DNA of 61,152 nt, taken from Nitrospinota bacterium (GTDB lineage: Bacteria > UBA8248). The number at the start of each line of letters is the position of its first letter. Positions within the stretch are counted from its first letter, which is position 1. The notes below the pieces were generated by a model that ran no database searches, was not told the origin of the DNA, and saw only the letters and a list, made by a program, of their open reading frames with translations. Below, piece after piece: positions 56,786 through 61,152 of this stretch. Position numbers and translations under genes: made by a program. The stretch is taken from contig JAYGFR010000213.1 in the NCBI GenBank assembly GCA_046581755.1, forward strand, positions 1 through 61,152. Reading direction: 5' to 3'.

Positions 56786-58162
56786 CTATGAAGACGGCTC
56801 CTCTTCCCCGGCGGCCACCTCGGCTGCGGCGGGCTCCCCTTTGCTTTCGGCCGCGGCGGGCTCCACTTCGGATTCCCCGCCCTCTTCGGCGGCGGCGCCG
56901 TCAAAAGAAACGGCCGCGTCGATAAGAATTTGGGCGCGCTTTGGTCCGATGCCGGGCACCTCGCAGAGCTCCTCCAGGGTGGATTTTGCGATCGAGGCGA
57001 TGGTGGGAAATCCATTCTGGGTCAAAAGCTGGACCATTTTTTCGCCCACCACATCGAGCTTATCGATGTCGGACGCCTCCGATTTCGCCCCAACCCCGTG
57101 CGGGGCGAATGCCTGCTCGGCGACCATCCGCCGGTATTCGCTCTCGCCCTTGAGATCGATTTTCCATCCAAGCAGCTTGGCCGCCAGCCGGACGTTCTGC
57201 CCGCCTTTCCCGATGGCCAGGGACAGCTGATCGTCGGGGACCAGCACCTCCATCCGCCCTTCGTCCTCGTGGAGGGTGATATGCTGGATCTTCGCCGGGC
57301 TGAGCGCGTTTCCGGCGTAGGTGCGGATGTCGTCGCTCCAGGAGATGATATCGATCTTCTCGCCGCGGAGCTCCTGGACGATGGCCTGGACGCGGCTTCC
57401 CCGGTTGCCCACGCAGGCGCCCACCGGGTCGATATCGCGGTCATGGCTCACCACCGCCACCTTCGAGCGCCCGCTCGGCTCGCGCACGCATCCCTTGATT
57501 TCGACGATTTCGTCGTAAATCTCCGGAACCTCCAATTCGAACAGGCGAATCAGCAGCCCAGGATGGGTCCGGCTCGTGACAATCTGCGGGCCCTTGGTGG
57601 CCTCGCGCACCTCGAGGATATACGCCCGGATCCGGTCTCCGCGCTTATAAACCTCCCGGAAAATCTGCTCCCGCCGGGGGAGGATGGCCTCGGTGCGCCC
57701 GATATCGATATAGATGTTGCCGCGCTCGACCTGGGAGACCGATCCGGTGATGAGTTCTCCCTGGCGGCTTTTGAACTCTGCGTAAATGTTAGCCCGCTCG
57801 GCCTCGCGGACGCGCTGGATGATGACCTGCTTCGCCATCTGGGCCGCGATGCGGCCAAGGCCATCGGTATCCAGGTCGATCTTGTAGAAATCGCCCACCC
57901 GAATGCCGGGTTGGGTCTCGCGGGCTTCCGCCACCTCGATTTCGCTCTCGGGGTTTTGGATGATCCGGACGACTTCCTTGACCACCATGACCCGGATCTC
58001 GCCCGACTCCGAGTCGAACTCGACCTCGACATTCTCCCCCAGGCCGTATTGCTTCCGGGCGGCCGAGGCGAGGGCCGATTTGAGGGCATCGTAAAGAACT
58101 TCCTTGGCGACCCCCCGTTCGCGCTCCACCTGACTGAGAACCGCCAACAACTCCTGGCTCAC
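56786..58162 (-). CDS. nusA: Transcription termination/antitermination factor NusA
   Basis: The track ORF is trimmed to GTG 58162 ((M)SQELLAVLSQVERERGVAKEVLYDAL), with GGAGGGA 7 nt upstream. It has S1 and two KH domains and an acidic tail. The GTG overlaps the rimP stop (GTGA). Confidence 0.93.
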   Translation of the reverse strand: MSQELLAVLSQVERERGVAKEVLYDALKSALASAARKQYGLGENVEVEFDSESGEIRVMVVKEVVRIIQNPESEIEVAEARETQPGIRVGDFYKIDLDTDGLGRIAAQMAKQVIIQRVREAERANIYAEFKSRQGELITGSVSQVERGNIYIDIGRTEAILPRREQIFREVYKRGDRIRAYILEVREATKGPQIVTSRTHPGLLIRLFELEVPEIYDEIVEIKGCVREPSGRSKVAVVSHDRDIDPVGACVGNRGSRVQAIVQELRGEKIDIISWSDDIRTYAGNALSPAKIQHITLHEDEGRMEVLVPDDQLSLAIGKGGQNVRLAAKLLGWKIDLKGESEYRRMVAEQAFAPHGVGAKSEASDIDKLDVVGEKMVQLLTQNGFPTIASIAKSTLEELCEVPGIGPKRAQILIDAAVSFDGAAAEEGGESEVEPAAAESKGEPAAAEVAAGEEEPSS

Positions 58163-58698
58163 CTGTTCGTCCCTCCATGATCCGGGTTGCCGGATTCGCC
58201 CCCGGGAGCCTCGCCCCGCAAAACAGAATCCCAATTCACCTTCAATCTGGCCTTGGCGATTCCGCCAAGGGGAAAGGAACGCTCCTCCCCGCCGCCCAGG
58301 TCGACCGTGACGATTTTATCCTCGATGCATCGCAGAATGCCTGAAAAACGAAGCTTTCCAGCCTCCCCGCTCCCTCTCCGGAGGCGAACGCTGATGGAAT
58401 GGCCCGCGAAGCGCTCGAAATCCGACGCCTTCCGAAGCGGCCTTTCAATCCCGGGACTGGACACTTCGATCACATAGGAGGTGTCGATCGTATCCTCGGC
58501 CTCCAACCGATCTCCCAACTCACAGCTCAACCGCGCGCAATCGGCCACGTTCACTCCCCCCGGCTTATCGATGAAGAACCGGAGAACCTGTGGCCCTTTG
58601 CCGCCTCCCTGTTCCACTTCAACGAGTTCGAGCCCCTGGGAGGAGGCCACCCGCTCGGCCAGCGACCAGAGGGCGCCGGTCCCGTCGTGAGAAATCAC
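58159..58698 (-). CDS. rimP: Ribosome maturation factor RimP
   Basis: The ORF is 58159-58758; GTG 58698 is preferred on family length. The sequence includes LAERVASSQGLELVEVEQGGGKGPQVLRFFIDKPGGVNVADCARLS. The start is uncertain. Confidence 0.82.
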   Translation of the reverse strand: MISHDGTGALWSLAERVASSQGLELVEVEQGGGKGPQVLRFFIDKPGGVNVADCARLSCELGDRLEAEDTIDTSYVIEVSSPGIERPLRKASDFERFAGHSISVRLRRGSGEAGKLRFSGILRCIEDKIVTVDLGGGEERSFPLGGIAKARLKVNWDSVLRGEAPGGESGNPDHGGTNR

Positions 58699-58904
58699 CG
58701 TGTCCCGCTCCCGATTGGGACGAAAAAAAGCGGGCCGCTTCACCGGGCCCACTTCCAATGCGTGCTGTAAACACGCCGGGCGTTAATGTACCCCCCATTG
58801 AAAATAAGCGCAACATGCGCCGCCCGGTTGCGCCCGGCCTTGGGATTGCCCCCATCCCCGAGGGGAGATATTTCGCCAATCGGCGGCGGCGCGTGCCCGA
58901 TGTC

Positions 58905-58933
58905 TTGCCCCTCCCCGGCCGCCATGCTAGATT
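58905..58933 (+). promoter_or_regulatory. Candidate sigma-70 promoter for the PilZ-domain gene
   Basis: TTGCCC (58905-58910), a 17-nt spacer, then TAGATT (58928-58933). Confidence 0.3.
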
Positions 58934-58984
58934 CCTTTTCCCGAAAGCCTTGGAAAATTGGCCATTAACCGGGAGAGGGGCTCG

Positions 58985-59572
58985 ATGGCGAAAGACGAAT
59001 CCCAGCGGCGCGAAATGGTCCGCGTGGACGATGTCCTGGAGATCAGCCACAAGACGATTACCCCGGCCGAAAAGGAATCCCTGGGACGCGAAATCATCGA
59101 TCGCTCCTCGGGCGGGGGGGGGATGGAAACGGTGGCCTCCATCCTCCAGTCCGCCGGACGGACGGTGGACCCCGACGCGCCGACCTGGCGGGCTATCTCC
59201 CTGCTCGACAAAAAACTCGACCTGCTCATCTCCCTGCTTCAAACGGATACCCGCTCCCAGGAGGCCGAATTCATCCGCTGCGGGGTCAACGTGAGCGGTT
59301 CGGGCATCCGCTTCCCGAGCCAGCAAATATACAAAAAGGGGGACTTCCTCTGGATCGCCATCATTTTCCCCACCTCCCCCGCCCTCCGGATCGAGGCCGT
59401 CGCCGAGGTGGGCCGCGTGGCGAAATACCCCAAATTTCTCGAAAGACTTCCCGGCGCCATCATCGACATATCCTCGAGATTCGTCGCCATTAATTTACAA
59501 GACAAAGAAGACACCCTGCGCTACACCTTCCAGCGGCAGCGGGAACTTTTGAGGGCCAAGCGGGGAGACTGA
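58985..59572 (+). CDS. PilZ-domain protein (putative c-di-GMP receptor), atypical motif spacing
   Basis: The track ORF is trimmed to ATG 58985, with GGGAGAGGGG upstream. The C-terminal part matches PilZ: GVNVSGSGIRF...GDFLWIAIIF...EAVAEVGRV...FVAINLQDKEDTLRYTFQRQRELLR. An RR-x3-R-like QRREMVR lies ~100 aa upstream of the N-x-S-x-x-G motif. Confidence 0.6.
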   Translation: MAKDESQRREMVRVDDVLEISHKTITPAEKESLGREIIDRSSGGGGMETVASILQSAGRTVDPDAPTWRAISLLDKKLDLLISLLQTDTRSQEAEFIRCGVNVSGSGIRFPSQQIYKKGDFLWIAIIFPTSPALRIEAVAEVGRVAKYPKFLERLPGAIIDISSRFVAINLQDKEDTLRYTFQRQRELLRAKRGD

Positions 59573-59698
59573 CCCGGCGGCGGGCCGGGCCGGCCCAAAG
59601 CGCAGATTGTCAGCCGCCGGGCGGGGCACCGCCTCCGGCATGGCGGCGCCCCGGGACGATTCATACCCACTGATTCAAAACATTTTGAGGAGTTACCG

Positions 59699-61006
59699 AT
59701 GCCTACACCCCTTCCGATGCCCAAACTCGGACTGACCATGGAGGAAGGCACCATTCTCCAATGGCTGAAATCGGATGGAGAGGCGGTCGAAAAGGGAGAA
59801 ATCATTCTCCAGATTCAGACGGACAAGGTGGAATACGACGTGGAGGCCCCGGCAGATGGCCTCCTTCTCAAGACGCTGGCGGGCGAGGGAGACGTCGTAC
59901 CTGTCGGGAGCAATCTGGCCGTCATCGGCGATGAAGGCGAGGACATCAGCGCGTTCGCCAGCGCGTCCGAAGGAGCCCTCAGCGCGTCCGAAGGGGCCCC
60001 CGGCGCAGCCGAAGATACGGCGGAAGCGCCATCTCCCCCGCCTCCACCGGCCCGGGCCGCCCCCATTCCATCCGCTCCCGCCGCATCCGTCCCCACCGCA
60101 ACAGTCTCTCCCGCCAATGGGCGGGTGCTCGCCAGCCCGGCCGCGCGGCGCATCGCCCGCGAACTGGGGATCGACTACCGGACCCTTCGCGGCACGGGCC
60201 CGGGCGGGCGAATCGTTCAGGCCGATGTCCGCGCCGCCGCCGCTTCGGGAGCCGGGGCTACGGCAACCGGGGCCATGCCCCCCGCACCGCCCGCCGCCCA
60301 GAGCGGCCCGCCGGCCGTGGCCAGCACAGTTCCGGTTGCCGGGATGCGCAAAGTCATCGTCGAGCGCATGGGCGCCAGCTGGGATCAGGTCCCGCGCGTC
60401 ACCCTCCAGGCCGAGGTGGACCTCACCAACCTCCTGGCGGTCCGCGAGGCGAGCAAACTCGCCTGGGAGACCGACCTGGGCGTCAAGGTCTCCCTCAACG
60501 ACCTGCTCACCTTCTACACCGCCCGCGCCGTCCGGCGTTGCCCCCAGGTCAACGTCCAGCTCGCCGGAGGCGAGATCCGCCGGATGCAGGACGTGAACAT
60601 CGGGATCGCCGTCGCCGTGGACGAGGGGCTCATGGTGCCCGTCATCCGGGGAGCCGACCAGAAATCCATAGACCAGATCGCCCGCGAGACCCGCTCGCTG
60701 GCCGAGAGCGCCCGCGCCGGAAACCTCCCCCTGACTGCCCTCGAGGGCGGCACCTTCACCATCTCGAACCTGGGCGCCTTCGGGGTGGACCACTTCTCGG
60801 CCATCCTCAACGTGCCCGAAAGCGCAATTCTCACGGTGGGCGCCGCACGCGAGCGCGCCGTCGTCCGGGGCGGCGAGGTCGTCCCCCGGACCACCTGCTT
60901 CCTCGGCATTAACGCCGACCACCGCCTCGTGGACGGCGTCCCGGCGGCCCAATTCCTCGCCACCCTGAAAGAGATTTTAGAGCACCCCAAGGTCATGCCG
61001 GCGTAG
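59699..61006 (+). CDS. 2-oxoacid dehydrogenase complex E2 (dihydrolipoamide acyltransferase)
   Basis: 435 aa. The lipoyl domain is LQIQTDKVEYDVEAPADG. An Ala/Pro linker follows, then the E3-binding domain ASPAARRIARELGIDYRTLRGTGPGGRI. The catalytic motif is INADHRLVDGVPAAQFL. GAGGAG lies 6 nt upstream. Confidence 0.92.
   Translation: MPTPLPMPKLGLTMEEGTILQWLKSDGEAVEKGEIILQIQTDKVEYDVEAPADGLLLKTLAGEGDVVPVGSNLAVIGDEGEDISAFASASEGALSASEGAPGAAEDTAEAPSPPPPPARAAPIPSAPAASVPTATVSPANGRVLASPAARRIARELGIDYRTLRGTGPGGRIVQADVRAAAASGAGATATGAMPPAPPAAQSGPPAVASTVPVAGMRKVIVERMGASWDQVPRVTLQAEVDLTNLLAVREASKLAWETDLGVKVSLNDLLTFYTARAVRRCPQVNVQLAGGEIRRMQDVNIGIAVAVDEGLMVPVIRGADQKSIDQIARETRSLAESARAGNLPLTALEGGTFTISNLGAFGVDHFSAILNVPESAILTVGAARERAVVRGGEVVPRTTCFLGINADHRLVDGVPAAQFLATLKEILEHPKVMPA
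59960..60001. repeat. Imperfect 21-nt tandem duplication in the E2 linker
   Basis: agcgcgtccgaaggagccctc is followed by agcgcgtccgaaggggccccc (19/21 identical). It encodes SASEGAL-SASEGAP. Confidence 0.8.
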
Positions 61007-61152
61007 GGATTGAAAATCACAATCTATTTTAAATCAGATATATAACCCGGACGATCTCACTGAATTTCGACTACCCTCGAAATGACTTGAGGGGTGGTTT
61101 TCCCCTTCGATTGGAGAGGGATAGCGGTGTCATTTTGAGTGAGCGAAGCGAA

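Noticed and set aside
61064-61152. Weak hairpins lie after the E2 gene (ATTTCGA-N6-TCGAAAT at 61064-61083; AGGGG-N7-CCCCT at 61090-61106), along with the odd terminal sequence gtcattttgagtgagcgaagcgaa.
   Set aside because: The stems are short or AT-rich with no trailing U-tract. The window ends before any element could be defined. It cannot be called a terminator, a repeat end or an RNA gene.
1-61152. I looked for tRNA, rRNA, tmRNA, RNase P or SRP RNA genes, CRISPR arrays, IS elements, toxin-antitoxin pairs and known defence systems.
   Set aside because: I noticed no cloverleaf-like or conserved RNA signature sequences in the intergenic regions. There are no arrays of regularly spaced repeats, and no transposase, reverse transcriptase, nuclease-helicase or small paired ORFs. 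This was a scan by eye only, so small RNAs cannot be excluded.

Overview
This is a high-GC bacterial chromosome segment; hand counts of single 60-nt lines in core genes give about 65-70% GC. The organism is Gram-negative in type (LptE, MurJ). All calls come from reading the supplied translations and the DNA by eye, with no database search.

About 57 protein-coding genes are supportable and most are housekeeping. Positions 1-30.7 kb form one almost uninterrupted minus-strand array: pgpH-like (partial), phoH, xerD, murJ, holA, lptE, nusB, ribH-ribBA-ribE-ribD, ppdK, glyS-glyQ, lysC, an ApgM-like gene, hom, an aminotransferase, lipA, a SPOR protein, argS, recO, era and aspS. Only rpsT and rpsU lie on the plus strand there. 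Positions 49.7-58.7 kb hold the classical rimP-nusA-ylxR-infB-DUF503-rbfA-truB-rpsO-pnp array.

The stretch 30.8-49.6 kb is more accessory. It carries a decayed comEC, a TPP enzyme, cobB, hisS, a GNAT gene, fxsA, a Zn-ADH/OsmC/MmgE-PrpD trio, a CoxG-like gene, a DUF2064/TIGR04282 transferase, an ArsM-like methyltransferase, two amidohydrolases and an unknown protein followed by flgM. I saw no rRNA, tRNA, CRISPR array, IS element or prophage.

Many ORF-track entries are long antisense ORFs or N-terminally over-extended ORFs, as expected at this GC content. I trimmed starts using Shine-Dalgarno spacing and family N-termini.

The most interesting observations are:
- An ArsM-like methyltransferase has an in-frame TGA exactly at a conserved metal-binding Cys, followed by a SECIS-like hairpin. 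It also has a 1-nt frameshift, so it is either a selenoprotein candidate or a pseudogene. It sits beside a transferase family historically called rSAM/selenodomain-associated.
- comEC carries three frame changes and a degenerate metallo-beta-lactamase domain.
- An ApgM-like 'proposed homoserine kinase' between hom and lysC appears to have lost most of its metal ligands.

I found no clearly novel multi-gene system.
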